A stretch of DNA of 64,000 nucleotides. Source: Mobula hypostoma. Its lineage: Eukaryota. Location: assembly GCF_963921235.1 (NCBI RefSeq), contig NC_086097.1:236160001-236224000 (forward strand). Direction: 5' to 3'. Under the pieces are notes generated by a model, which saw nothing but the letters and a program-made list of their open reading frames with translations, made no database searches and was not told where the DNA came from. Each line of letters begins with the position of its first letter. Within the stretch, counting starts at the first letter, position 1. The position numbers and the translations under genes are program-made. Positions 49,310 through 60,890 of the stretch are shown piece by piece.

Positions 49310-52230
49310 ATAGAAACATAGAAACATAGAAAATAGGTGCAGGAGTAGGCCATTCGGCCCTTCGAGCCTGCACCGCCATTTATTATGATCATGGCTGATC
49401 ATCCAACTCAGAACCCAGCCTTCCCTCCATACCCCCTGACCCCTGTAGCCACAAGGGCCATATCTAACTCCCTCTTAAACATAGCCAATGAACTGGCCTC
49501 AACAGTTTGCTGTGGCAGAGAATTCCACAGATTCACCACTCTCTGTGTGAAGAAGTTTTTCCTAATCTCGGTCCTAAAAGGCTTCCCCTCTATCCTCAAA
49601 CTGTGACCCCTCGTTCTGGACCTCCCCAACATCGGGAACAATCTTCCCGCATCTAGCCTATCCAATCCCTTTAGGATCTTATACGTTTCAATCAGATCCC
49701 CCCTCAATCTTCTAAATTCCAACAAGTACAAGCCCAGTTCATCCAGTCTTTCTTCATATGAAAGACCTGTCATCCCAGGAATCAATCTGGTGAACCTTCT
49801 TTGTACTCCCTCTATGGCAAAGATGTCTTTCCTCAGATTAGGGGACCAAAACTGCACACAATACTCCAGGTGTGGTCTCACCAAGGCCTTGTACAACTGC
49901 AGTAGTACCTCCCTGCTCCTGTACTCGAATCCTCTCGCTATAAATGCCAGCATACCATTCGCCTTTTTCACCGCCTGCTGTACCTGCATGCCCACTTTCA
50001 ATGACTGGTGTATAATGACACCCAGGTCTCGTTGCACCTCCCCTTTTCCTAATCGGCCACCATTCAGATAATAATCTGTTTTCCTATTTTTGCCACCAAA
50101 GTGGATAACTTCACATTTATCCACATTAAATTGCATCTGCCATGAGTTTGCCCACTCACCCAACCTATCCAAGTCACCCTGCATCCTCTTAGCATCCTCC
50201 TCACTGCTAACTCTGCCACCCAGCTTCGTGTCATCCGCAAACTTGGAGATGCTGCATTTAATTCCCTCATCCAATTCATTAATATATATTGTAAACAACT
50301 GGGGTCCCAGCACTGAACCTTGCGGTACCCCACTAGTCACCGCCTGCCATTCTGAAAAGGTCCCGTTTATTCCCACTCTTTGCTTCCTGTCTGCTAACCA
50401 ATTCTCCACCCACACCAATACCTTACCCCCAATACCGTGTGCTTTAAGTTTGCACACTAATCTCCTGTGTGGGACCTTGTCAAAAGCCTTTTGAAAATCC
50501 AAATATACCACATCCACTGGTTCTCCCCTATCCACTCTACTAGTTACATCCTCAAAAAATTCTATGAGATTCGTCAGACATGATTTTCCTTTCACAAATC
50601 CATGCTGACTTTGTCCGATCATTTCACCGCTTTCCAAATGTGCTGTTATCACATCCTTGATAACTGACTCCAGCAGTTTCCCCACCACCGACGTTAGGCT
50701 AACCGGCCTATAATTCCCCGGTTTCTCTCTCCCTCCTTTTTTAAAAAGTGGGGTTACATTAGCCACCCTCCAATCCTCAGGAACTAGTCCAGAATCTAAC
50801 GAGTTTTGAAAAATTATCACTAATGCATCCACTATTTCTTGGGCTACTTCCTTAAGCACTCTGGGATGCAGACCATCTGGCCCTGGGGATTTATCTGTCT
50901 TCAATCCCTTCAATTTACCTAACACCACCTCCCTACTAACATGTATTTCACTCAGTTCCTCCATCTCACTGGACCCTCTGTCTCTTACTATTTCTGGAAG
51001 ATTATTTATGTCCTCCTTAGTGAAGACAGAACCAAAGTAATTATTCAATTGGTCTGCCATGTCCTTGCTCCCCATAATCAATTCACCTGTTTCTGTCTGC
51101 AGGGGACCTACATTTGTCTTTATCAGTCTTTTCCTTTTTACATATCTATAAAAGCTTTTACAGTCCGTTTTTATGTTCTCTGCCAGTTTTCTCTCATAAT
51201 CTTTTTTCCCCTTCCTAATTAAGCCCTTTGTCCTCCTCTGCTGAACTCTGAATTTCTCCCAGTCCTCAGGTGAGCCACTTTCTCTGGCTAATTTGTATGC
51301 TACTTCTTTGGAATTGATACTATCCCTAATTTCTCTTGTCAGCCACGGGTGCACTACCTTCCTTGATTTATTCTTTTGCCAAACTGGGATGAACAATTGT
51401 TGTAGTTCATCCATGCAACCTTTAAATGCTTGCCATTGCATATCCACCGTCAATCCTTTAAGTGTCATTTGCCAGTCTATCTTAGCTAATTCACGTCTCA
51501 TACCTTCAAAGTTACCCCTCGTTAAGTTCAGAACCTTTGTTTCTGAATTAACTATGTCACTCTCCATCTTAATGAAGAATTCCACCATATTATGGTCACT
51601 CTTACCCAATGGGCCTCTCACGACAAGATCGCTAATTAACCCTTCCTCATTGCTCAAAACCCAGTCCAGAATAGCCTGCTCTCTAGTTGGTTCCTCGACA
51701 TGTTGGTTCAAAAAACCATCCCGCATACATTCCAAGAAATCCTCTTCCTCAGCACCTTTACCAATTTGGTTCACCCAGTCTACATGTAGATTGAAGTCAC
51801 CCATTATAACTGCTGTTCCTTTATTGCACACATTTCTAATTTCCTGTTTAATACCATCTCCGACCTCACTACTACTGTTAGGTGGCCTGTACACAACTCC
51901 CACCAGCGTCTTCTGCCCCTTAGTGTTACGCAGCTCTACCCATATCGATTCCACATCTTCCCGGCTTATGTCCTTCCTTTCTATTGCATTAATCTCTTTT
52001 TTAACCAGCAACGCCACCCCACCTCCCCTTCCTTCATGTCTATCCCTCCTGAATATAGAATATCCCTGAACGTTGAGCTCCCATCCCTGGTCACCCTGGA
52101 GCCATGTCTCTGTGATCCCAACTATATCATAATCATTAATAACAATCTGCACTTTCAATTCATCCACCTTATTACGAATGCTCCTTGCATTGACACATAA
52201 AGCCTTCAGGCGCTCTTTTACAACTCTCTT
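49310..52230 (-). mobile_element. Young CR1 LINE truncated near the ORF2 start
   Basis: (ctatgttt)n tail at about 49310-49330; uninterrupted ORF2. Confidence 0.97.
49408..52167 (-). CDS. CR1 ORF2 protein (AP endonuclease plus reverse transcriptase), 919 aa; frame stays open to about 52230
   Basis: GITETW, GVVYRPP, MGDFN, SDH (APE); [32 protein letters not shown] (RT); upstream in frame ...LCVNARSIRNKVDEL. Confidence 0.95.
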   Translation of the reverse strand: MDELKVQIVINDYDIVGITETWLQGDQGWELNVQGYSIFRRDRHEGRGGGVALLVKKEINAIERKDISREDVESIWVELRNTKGQKTLVGVVYRPPNSSSEVGDGIKQEIRNVCNKGTAVIMGDFNLHVDWVNQIGKGAEEEDFLECMRDGFLNQHVEEPTREQAILDWVLSNEEGLISDLVVRGPLGKSDHNMVEFFIKMESDIVNSETKVLNLTRGNFEGMRRELAKIDWQMTLKGLTVDMQWQAFKGCMDELQQLFIPVWQKNKSRKVVHPWLTREIRDSINSKEVAYKLARESGSPEDWEKFRVQQRRTKGLIRKGKKDYERKLAENIKTDCKSFYRYVKRKRLIKTNVGPLQTETGELIMGSKDMADQLNNYFGSVFTKEDINNLPEIVRDRGSSEMEELSEIHVSREVVLGKLKGLKTDKSPGPDGLHPRVLKEVAQEIVDALVIIFQNSLDSGLVPEDWRVANVTPLFKKGGREKPGNYRPVSLTSVVGKLLESVIKDVITAHLESGEMIGQSQHGFVKGKSCLTNLIEFFEDVTSRVDRGEPVDVVYLDFQKAFDKVPHRRLVCKLKAHGIGGKVLVWVENWLADRKQRVGINGTFSEWQAVTSGVPQGSVLGPQLFTIYINELDEGIKCSISKFADDTKLGGRVSSEEDAKRMQGDLDRLGEWANSWQMQFNVDKCEVIHFGGKNRKTDYYLNGGRLGKGEVQRDLGVIIHQSLKVGMQVQQAVKKANGMLAFIARGFEYRSREVLLQLYKALVRPHLEYCVQFWSPNLRKDIFAIEGVQRRFTRLIPGMTGLSYEERLDELGLYLLEFRRLRGDLIETYKILKGLDRLDAGRLFPMLGRSRTRGHSLRIEGKPFRTEIRKNFFTQRVVNLWNSLPQQTVEASSLAMFKRELDMALVATGVRGYGGKAGF

Positions 52231-52361
52231 ACAAGCACGTACTTTGATAATAAATTTACTTTGACTCTGACTTTGAGAATGGTGATATCACTTTTTTTTA
52301 ATTTTGATAGGCAGTTTAGTAACGGAAAGGGTGCAAATCTAGATTTTTTTAAAAAGAGAAT

Positions 52362-53280
52362 CATGTTGGAGGAACTCAGAAAATCAGGCAGCATCTATGG
52401 AGAGGAATAAACAGTAGACATTTCAGGTTGAGACCCTTCATCAGGATTGTAAAGGAAGGAGGCAGAAGCCTCAATAAGTCGATGAGGGAGGGGAAGGAGT
52501 ACAAGCTAGAAGGTGATAGGTGAAAAAGGTAAAGGACCGAAGAAGAAGGATCTGCTAGGAAATGAGAGTGGACCATAGGATGAAGGGAAGGAGGAGGGGC
52601 ACCAAGGTGAAATGATAAGCAGGTGAGAAGAGGTACCCAACATAGATAGGTGAACCCCTTTGTTGAGTACCTCCGCTCCATCTGCAAAAAGCAGAATTTC
52701 TCAGTGGCCAATCATTTCAATTCCAATCTCTGTTCCCATCCCAACATTTCAGTCCATGGTCTCCTCTTCTGTCATGATGATGCCATTCTCAGGTTGGAGC
52801 AGCAGCTCCTCATATTCTGCCTGCGTAGCCTCCAACTGATGGTATAAGCATTGATTTCTCTCATTTCTGCTGACTTCCCTCCTCCCTTCCCTCTTCTTCA
52901 TTTCCTCATTTTGGCTTCTTACTACTTCTGATAGAAGTGCAATCTGATCGGAGAGGACAGTGGACCATGGGGGAAAGGGCAGGAGGAACGGCAGCTGAGG
53001 GAGGTGATGGGCAGACGAGAAGAAGAAAAGGGGTAAGAGAGTTGGCAGAAAAGGGAAGAGGAGGGAGAAAAGTTGCTGGAAGTTAGAGAAAATGAGGTTG
53101 GAGGCAGCCCAGAATGGAATATGAGGAGTTGCTCCTCCAACTTGAGAGTAGCACTATTGGTATGGTAGAGGAGGCCATGGACCAACATGTCAGAATGGAA
53201 ATGGGAAGTTGAATTAAAATTGGTGGCCACTGTGAATTCCTACCTTTATGTGACAGACAGAGCAAAGATGTTCAACAATT
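52362..53280. mobile_element. Old PLE fragments in alternating orientation (-, +, -)
   Basis: FVEYLRSIC...VANHFNS...HGLL...LEQQLLIF (+) and ATNFNSTSH...LEEQLLIF (-); degenerate hammerhead-like motif at about 52415-52447 (-). Confidence 0.8.
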
Positions 53281-53484
53281 CAATATATCTTCTCTGTTCC
53301 TGCATTTAACTACCAATCTCAGTGTGAGTTAACTTCTAACATGCAGTTGTACAGAAGTAACTAGGTACAATCCACCTCATCGTTACACAGTTAATATTTG
53401 ATCCTCAGAATGAAGCATCATGAAAGCGATTGTAAGAAAATATTAGAGATGTGTTTCACCACCTCATGTGCAGGTTAATGATCT

Positions 53485-53588
53485 ACTATTACTACTAGTA
53501 CGTCGACTCAGGCCTAGGGGGCCGGCGTCGGGCACGATGACGGACTCTCCACTTTTCCCTCTCCCTCATCAGTGTGTTCAGTTCAACT
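53485..53588 (-). mobile_element. Very short 3' end of a LINE (RTE/RTEX-like) with (TAG/TAA)n tail
   Basis: Minus strand ELNTLMREREKWR...; CpG-rich; tagtagtaatagta tail. Confidence 0.5.
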
Positions 53589-53780
53589 ACATTAGCCGTG
53601 CTGCTGTTAGTGATCTATCACACTCTTAACATGATGAAAATGGAATTTCTTCCCCATATCTTTTATATGATAGAGAAATTCAAGAAAATTAAAGAACAAT
53701 CCAATGGAAGGCAAGGGATACACACAAAAAGACCACATGTTTTCTTGGTGAGAACTGTGTAGGAAGTGAAATATGCTGTA

Positions 53781-54342
53781 TACTCATTGGCCACTTTCTT
53801 AGGTACCTCCTGTATCAAATAAAGAGGCCCCTGAGTGTATGTTTGTGGCCTTCAGCTGATGTAGCCCTTTCACTTCAATGTTTGACAGAGCATTTCAGAA
53901 ATGCTCTTCTGCACATCAATGTTGTAACAGATGATTATTTGAGTTACTGTTGCCTTCCTGTCAGCTTGAACCAGTCTGGCCATTCTTCTCTGACCTCTCT
54001 CATTAACAAGGCAGTTTCACCCTCAGAACTGTCGCTCACCGGGTATTCTCTTTTTTTCGTTTTTCACGCCACTCCCTGTAAATTCTAGAGACTGCTGTGT
54101 ATGAAAATCCCAGGAGATCAGCTGTTTCTGAAATATTCAAGTCACACTGTCTGCAACCAACAATCATTCCATGGTCAAAGTCAGTTTGATCACATGATCC
54201 CATTCTGATGTTTGATCTCAGCAATAATTGAACCTCTTGACCGTGTCTGGATGCTTTTATGTACTGAGTTGCTGCCATATGATCGTCTGATTCGATATTT
54301 GCATTAATGAGCTGGTATACCTAACAAAGTGATCACTGAGTG
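53781..54342. mobile_element. Non-autonomous Tc1/mariner-type element
   Basis: TA flanks; TIRs (t)actcattggccactttcttaggta / tacctaacaaagtgatcactgagtg; minus-strand DFDHGMIVG...ISETADLLGFS...VSRIYREW HTH remnant. Confidence 0.82.
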
Positions 54343-54429
54343 TAGATGTTTGAATTAGAGATGTACAAGAATTCCTTGATTTATGAATGTTCGGCTTACG
54401 AAAGATGGTGGAGTTGTGGAGAGTGGGGA

Positions 54430-55170
54430 AGGCCTGAGAAGTGGCGGATGGAGTTCAACCCAGGAAAGTGTGAGGTGATTCACTTTGGAAGTCATTTGAT
54501 AAGATTCCTCATGATAGGCACATTCAGAAAGCCAGGAGGCATGGAAACTTGGCTGTATGGATTCAGAATTGACTTGCAGAGAGTGGTTGTAAATGGAGGC
54601 TATTCTGCCTGGAGGTCAATGACCAGTGGTATTCCATTTGGACCTGTTCTGGGACCCCCTGCTCTTTATGATTTTAGTAAGTAACTTGGATGAGGAAGCG
54701 GAAGGGTGGGTTAGTATGTTGACAGATGACATGAAGGTTGGCAGAGGTCTGGATAGTGTCGTAGGTTGCAATGGGACATTGACATGATGCAGAGCTTGAC
54801 TGAGAATCGGCAGATGGGTTCAAATCAGAGAAGTGCAAAGCAGTTCACTTGAAGGTCAAACCTGAAAGCGGAATACAGGGTTAAAGGTAGGATTCTTAGC
54901 GGTTTGGAGGAACAGAGGGATCTTAGTGTCTGCACCAAAGATCCCTCAAAGTTACCATGCAAGTTATTTATTTATTTCTTTACTTATCGAGATACAGCAC
55001 AGAATAGGCCCTTCTGACCCTTCGAGCTATGCTGCCAATAATACATGATGCAGTAAATGATAAAGTTTTGTTTAATGGAACTGTTTTTTTATAGAAGTTA
55101 AAAGGCCAAGATGGAGTGGATGTGGAGAGGACATTTCCTATAGTGGGGGTGTCTAGGACCAGAGGGCACA
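54430..55170 (+). mobile_element. CR1 fragments
   Basis: EKWRMEFNPGKCEVIHFG; WRSMTSGIP.GPVLG. Confidence 0.75.
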
Positions 55171-55196
55171 GATATACATATATATATGTAGTTAAA

Positions 55197-55791
55197 GGTT
55201 GTCCAAGGCTGTCAAGCCAAGGAATGGTAGTGGGGACAAGCTCCCACTACCTAAAAGTTCTCCTCACAGCATGTGCCTCAAATAACCTCTGACAACCAAG
55301 TCCAACTCCTGGCCTTCTCGTGTGGCTTAGCCTCTAAGCCCGGTGGAACTGTTTCTACTGACAGGAGAAGGGGCGAAGGCGAGTTCTGGCATCTTAAAAC
55401 CAGTGCTTCGGGTAGATGGAGCTCGTCAGCCTGGGAAGGCAGTCCATCTAAGAAAGGGAAAACTCTGATTTCAAACCACCACTGCCTTGCAGCCGTACCC
55501 ACTCATGGGAAAGGCTTCAGGAGTAAATCCTGAGGACAAATCCGGAGCTGGAGTCCCTAAGGCAGTCCGATGTTGCCTTCATCCTCATTCTGGCAACTCC
55601 TGAAACAACACTGGTGCCAAGCTGTATCGGCCCTTGCCCTTCCCTTGGACAACATCGGCGGCTTGGAGAGGGGAGACTTGCAGCATGGGCAACTGCCGGT
55701 CTTCCATACAACCTTGCCCAGGAACCATGCCCTGGAGAGGACTTTCCAGGCGCAGATCCATGGTCTCGTGAGACTAACGGATGCCACCAAA
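55197..55791 (+). mobile_element. Short non-autonomous RTE-derived element (RTE-like 5' UTR plus 3' stem-loop)
   Basis: 8-bp TSD tagttaaa (55189-55196 and 55792-55799); RTE 5'-UTR-type motif ggcagtccatcta.gaaagggaaaactctgatttcaaacc; 3' tccatg-gtctc-gt-gagac-taacgga hairpin. Confidence 0.75.
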
Positions 55792-55884
55792 TAGTTAAAT
55801 AAGTAGTGCAAAAATAAAAATTTTAAAAAGTAGTGAGGTAGTGTTCATTGTTTCACTGTCCATTCAGAAATTGTCAGTTAGATG

Positions 55885-58240
55885 TTTTGAACAGAGATGA
55901 AAAAGAATTTCTTTAGCCAGAGGGTTGTGAATCTGTGAAATCCATTGCCACAGATGGCTGTGGAGATCGTGTTGTTGTGTATATCTAAGGCAGAGGTTGA
56001 TAGGTTCATGATTAGTCAAGGCATCAGAGGTTACAGGGTCAATGTAGGAAAATGGGGTTGAGAGGGATAGTAAATCAGCTATGATATAATGGTAGAGCAC
56101 ACTCGATGGGCCAAATGGCCTAGTTCTGCTCCTATATCTTATGGTCTTATGACCTAAAAAGAGTAAGTTAATCAGGATTTCGATGAGGTCTCAGGGTACG
56201 GGAGGCAAAGAGTGAGAATAAAAGAAGCTGCTTCTGGTTGGCTGCCAGTGATTAGTGGTTTTCCAGTAATTGGGGTGAGTATTGGGAACATTTCTTTTTA
56301 CCTTATGTTACGTACCCCGTAACTGGGTTGCCAAACCAGCAGAAATGGATCACTCAGTTGGAGTCTGGATTACCAGAACTAAGAAAGTTTTATCAAAGAA
56401 ACAAGCAACATAGTAATCGAAAGGATAATAAATGCAACAGTTCAGCAATGATAAACACACATGTGCACAGAATTAAGATAACAGCATCAATCAAGCTCTA
56501 TCGTTGTCTAGGGGTAAATGACCAATTTCAAAGTGACACAAAGTCCAGTTCAATTTAGTTCAGTTCGCAGTAATCATTGCCATGGCGATGGACAATGTGG
56601 GGGGAAGGAGAGAGAACAAAAACGAATGATCATTCGAAACGGCTTCCACAAACAGACCTGCGATATTGCTCACAAGCAGCTTTCGGGCGGGTCCTTTGTG
56701 ATGTCACCTGAGGTCACCGACTGTGACCCCTCCTCCAGATGCGGTCGATCCTCTGCAGTGAACCCGGCACCCAAGCAAGGGCGGACACACACTGGGTTCC
56801 CGCCGATCGTACCTTTCCACCCTGTGCGTTTGTGGCCCGGTACTTCCCACCAACTCATGAGAGGCGTACCGCTTCCAGGGTCTCGTTACCTCGAGTGTCG
56901 TGTGTGTCCTGTCTTAGCGAACCTGTCCCTTTTTATCCCCCTGCTGGGGTATCGCCTGTCCATCACTTCAAACAGTTCAGGGTTCAAAGGGGGAGCCGCT
57001 CTAAACAGCTCTCTCTCCCGTCCCTTCATTACACATCTCCAGATAGCCTGTCCATCACTTCAAACAGTTCAGGGTTCAAAGGGGGAGCCGATCTTGACAA
57101 TACCCAGACTGATGGCTCCTTCATTAACACCTCCAAATGCTGCTTCATTGTTCCTTATCTCTCCCTCCCCTGAGGGCAGGTGGCAGACCAACTGCTGATG
57201 CCACTGATGCTAGCCCAGGCCAGCAAACATCTTAATTTATGTGTATTCTCGTCACAGTTATATGTCAATGATTTGGATGATGGAATTGATGGCTTTGTTG
57301 TAAGGTTTGCAGACAGTATGAAAATAGGTGGAGGGGCAGGTAGTTTTGAGGAAGTAGAGAGGCTACAGAAGGACAGGCAGAATAAGAGAATGGGCAAAGG
57401 AATGGCCAGTGGAATACAGCGTCAGGAAGTGTATAGCCATGCACTTTGGTAAAAGAAATGAAAGGGTTGATTATTTTCTAAATAAAGAGAGCATACAAAA
57501 AACTGAGTCACAAAGGGAATTAGGAGTTCTTGTGCAGTATTCTCTAAAGGTTAATTTGTAGGTTGAGTCTATCATGAGGAAGGGAAATGCCGTGTTAGCA
57601 TTCATTTCAAGAGGACTAGAATATAAAAGCAAAGATGTAATGTTGAGACTTTATAAAGCACTGGTGAGGCCTCACTTGAGCATTTGGAGCAATCTTGGGC
57701 CCCTTATCTGAGAAAGGATGTTTTGAATTTGTAGAGAGTTCAAAGGAGGTTCAAGAAAATGAATTCAGAATTGAATGACTTGATGTATGAAGAGCATTTG
57801 ATGGCTGTGTGCCTGTATTCACTAGAGTTCAAAAGAATGAGAGTGACCTCATTGAAACCTAGCGAATGGTAAAAGGCCTTGATAGAGTGAATGTAGAGTG
57901 GATGTAGAGAGGATGGTTCCCTATGATGGGAGAGCCCAAGACCAGAGGACACAGTCAAAGAATAGAGGGATATCCTTTTAGAATAGAGATGAGGTGGAAT
58001 TTCTTTAGCCAGAGAGTGGTGAATCTGTGGAATTCTCTGTCACAGGGGGCTGTGGAGGCCAATTCTTTGTCTATATTTAATCCAGAGTTTGATAGATTCT
58101 TGATTGGTCAGGGCATGAAGGAATATAGGCAAGAGACTGTGGCTGAGAGGAAAATTAGATCAGCCATGATGAAATGACAGAGCAGGCTCAATGGGACAAA
58201 TGGCCTAATTCTGCTCCTATATCTGATGGTCTTATGATGT
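55885..58240 (+). mobile_element. CR1 fragments (55885-56150; 56160-58240 split by an LTR)
   Basis: LYVNDLDDGIDGFVVRFADS; RWNFFSQRVVNLWNSL; tatggtct tails. Confidence 0.85.
56306..57256. mobile_element. Solo LTR (951 bp) inserted in CR1
   Basis: TGTTACG...CGTCACA termini; ctta/gtta 4-bp flanks; CR1 sequence resumes on both sides. Confidence 0.8.
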
Positions 58241-58385
58241 AATGGAGGACCAGATTCATTGGGCCGAATGGGCTAATTCTATGACTATGTCATCTAATTG
58301 TCCTTTAGATCCATAGTATGGTTATGAAATATAAACTTTCACTTTGCAGAATGTGATTTATTTAAAAGTACGTTTAATATTTATT

Positions 58386-59382
58386 GGTGAACACAGCAGG
58401 CCAGGCAGCATCTCTAGGAAGAGGTACAGTCGACGTTTTGGGCCGAGACCCTTCATCAGGACTAGAAGGGTCTTGGCCCGAAACGTCAATTGTACCTCTT
58501 CCTAGAGATGCTGCCTGGCCTGCTGCGTTCACCAGCAACTTTGAAGTGTGTTGCTTGAATTTCCAGCATCTGCAGAATTCCTCGTGTTTACGTTTTTAAA
58601 TCCACTACTGCGAAGCTTCTTCCGTGATGCCTGCACTGAAGAAGTTTAAATCTTCTCTTCGACGGGAGTTCAGTGAATCCATCTCTCACTGCTCCCCATC
58701 TATAATTTCTTCAGCTCTTCAACTTTTCGACCATATTTTGACTCAGACTCGCTATCACAGCCATATGTCCTTTCTTGGAACGTGCCTCCATCGCCAACTT
58801 ACTCCAGTTGGCTTTAGGATTCGTTTTCGAGCCTCTCAATTTGGACCTTCTGAGGATCCCAGGTACTCACATTTTATTGACTCTGTCTCTCGTCGCTTCT
58901 CCCGTCAAGCTCTGAAGGCGACCCTCTCCGCCATTTGGTGTCCCTATCCCAGACCCTTCCACACCTTCGGGACACTTTCTTCGCCGTCTGTAATGGTCCT
59001 ACCCGTTATTTCATCCTCCGTCAGATCCATGCCTGCAATCGCCATTTTTTTGACTTTGTCGTGTTAGGCAAAGATCACAAGATCTTACATCTGCAGACCC
59101 CACAGCCTGCTGGCGCTGACGCTAGCAGGCATGAACTTCAGATTGCAGCCACTGTCATTGATCTCGCCGGCTCCAACACCTCAGGGCATATTCAAAACCC
59201 GGACTCCAGCAACAACCATGGACATCTTCAAAGCGATTGCGCAACCACCAACTGCGACTCCAGCCTTGAACTCCAGTGTTAGTCCTGACGAAGGGTTTCA
59301 GCCCGAAACGTCGACTGTACCTCTTCCTAGAGATGCTGCCTGGTCTGCTGCGTTCACCAGCAACTTTGATGTGTGTCGCTTG
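58386..59382 (+). mobile_element. PLE 5' portion: inverted pLTR piece, pLTR, ORF N-terminus, second pLTR piece
   Basis: 10-bp TSD aatatttatt (58376-58385 and 59383-59392); H..FL..C....LTPVGF N-terminal PLE motif in ORF 58624-59067. Confidence 0.9.
59281..59316 (+). ncRNA. Minimal hammerhead ribozyme motif (PLE-associated)
   Basis: AGUC-CUGACGA-A-GGGU(UUCA)GCCC-GAAA-CG-UC^GACU, intact core. Confidence 0.82.
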
Positions 59383-59749
59383 AATATTTATTCCTGGGTT
59401 TTTGCCAAAAACAAAATGAAACTAAAGACATTCTTCAGGATTCTGTGATTGTACCTAAACCAGAACATGATAAGGTATGGTAGTTGTACGTTATATAAAC
59501 TCGGCTTACATATTGGTTCAACAAGACATAAAACATAAAATAACATCAGAATTCAAATAGAACATGATATGGGCTGTTTAAAATTCAACTGTTTCTTTCA
59601 AGTCACTTTTTGGTGTGTTTTTGGTTGTAGCATCCTGCTACCCAGGAAGCGTGCAACAAATTTGCAATATTTATGTGATTGTTGTGTCTTTGAGGGTGTT
59701 TTAGCTCTATTTATTTATTTGATGCGTTTTTTTGTTTGCTTATTTATTT

Positions 59750-60030
59750 ACTTATCGAGATATATCCAAGAATAGGCCCTTCTGGCCCTTCAAGCCATGC
59801 CACGCCCAGCAATCCCCGATTGAAACCTAGCCTTATCATGAGGCAATTTACATTGACCATTTAATCTACCAACCAGTACGCCTTTGGACTATGGGAGGAA
59901 ACCAGAGTATCAGAGGGAAACCCACGTGGTCACGGGGAAAATATACAAACGTTTTACAGGCAGCAGAGGGAAATGAACCCAGACTGGATGTACTGTAAGG
60001 CATAGTGCTAACCACTAAGCTACCGTGCTT
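59750..60030 (-). mobile_element. HE1-like tRNA SINE
   Basis: Minus strand starts gcacggtagcttagtggttagcac; core ggtttccctctgatactctggtttcctccca. Confidence 0.75.
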
Positions 60031-60119
60031 GATAACGGGAATATTTAATAAATGCAGAAAACCAAATCCTTACTGCCTGTGGTAAATGATCCATTATGGT
60101 TCAGAGCACTGTCTAATAA

Positions 60120-60545
60120 ACTGACGGCTCTGGCCCTGTATTTGCTAGAGTTTAGAAGGGTGAGGGGGAATCTCTATGGATTATTTAAGGACCTAGATAG
60201 AGTGGATGTGCAAAGAATGTTTCCTACAGTGTGAGAGACTCTAGGACCAGGGTACACATCCTCCGAATAGATGGAACGCCCATTTAGAACAGAGATGAGA
60301 AGAAGTTTCTTTAGGTGGTGAATCTGTGAGAATCATTGCCACAGACAGCTATAGAGGTCAAATCATTGGGTATATATAACACAGAAGTTGATAGGTACTT
60401 GATTAGTTAGGGTGTCAAAGGATATGGGGAGAAGGTAGGAGGATGAGGTTGAGAGGATAATAAATCAGCCATGATGGAATGGCAGAGCAGTGTCAATGGG
60501 ACGAATGGCTTAATTCTGCTGCCATGTCTCAGGGTCTTACGATTT
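60120..60545 (+). mobile_element. Old CR1 3' fragment
   Basis: LALYLLEFRRVRG...LDRVDVQRMFP. Confidence 0.8.
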
Positions 60546-60890
60546 AAGGCCAACATATTCTGAAGAAACAGTTTGTAGATGATTTATATCACTGCTTGTT
60601 CATTTGCCTGTGTAAATACCTCTTATATGTTGCAGTTGTACCTAGTCCCACCACCACCCCTGGCAGAATTTTTCACACCTGCCACTCTATGTCAAAAGGC
60701 TTGCTTTGTATAATCTAATTTCCACCCCTCCCACCTCCCCGGTCATTGTAAGTTTACCCCTCTGATACTTGTCACTTCCACCTTGGGAAAATGGCTACCT
60801 GCCTTATATATGTGTCTCAACATTTTATACCCTAGATGGAGCCTTTCCTGCCACCTTTCACCTGGCTTCTCCTTCAACCTCATCCAACCA

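Noticed and set aside
51293..52069. 258-aa plus-strand ORF (similarly 61113-61805 on the minus strand)
   Set aside because: Antisense shadow of CR1 ORF2; no independent protein features
56518..57198. 226-aa ORF
   Set aside because: Lies wholly inside a solo LTR, with no recognisable domain
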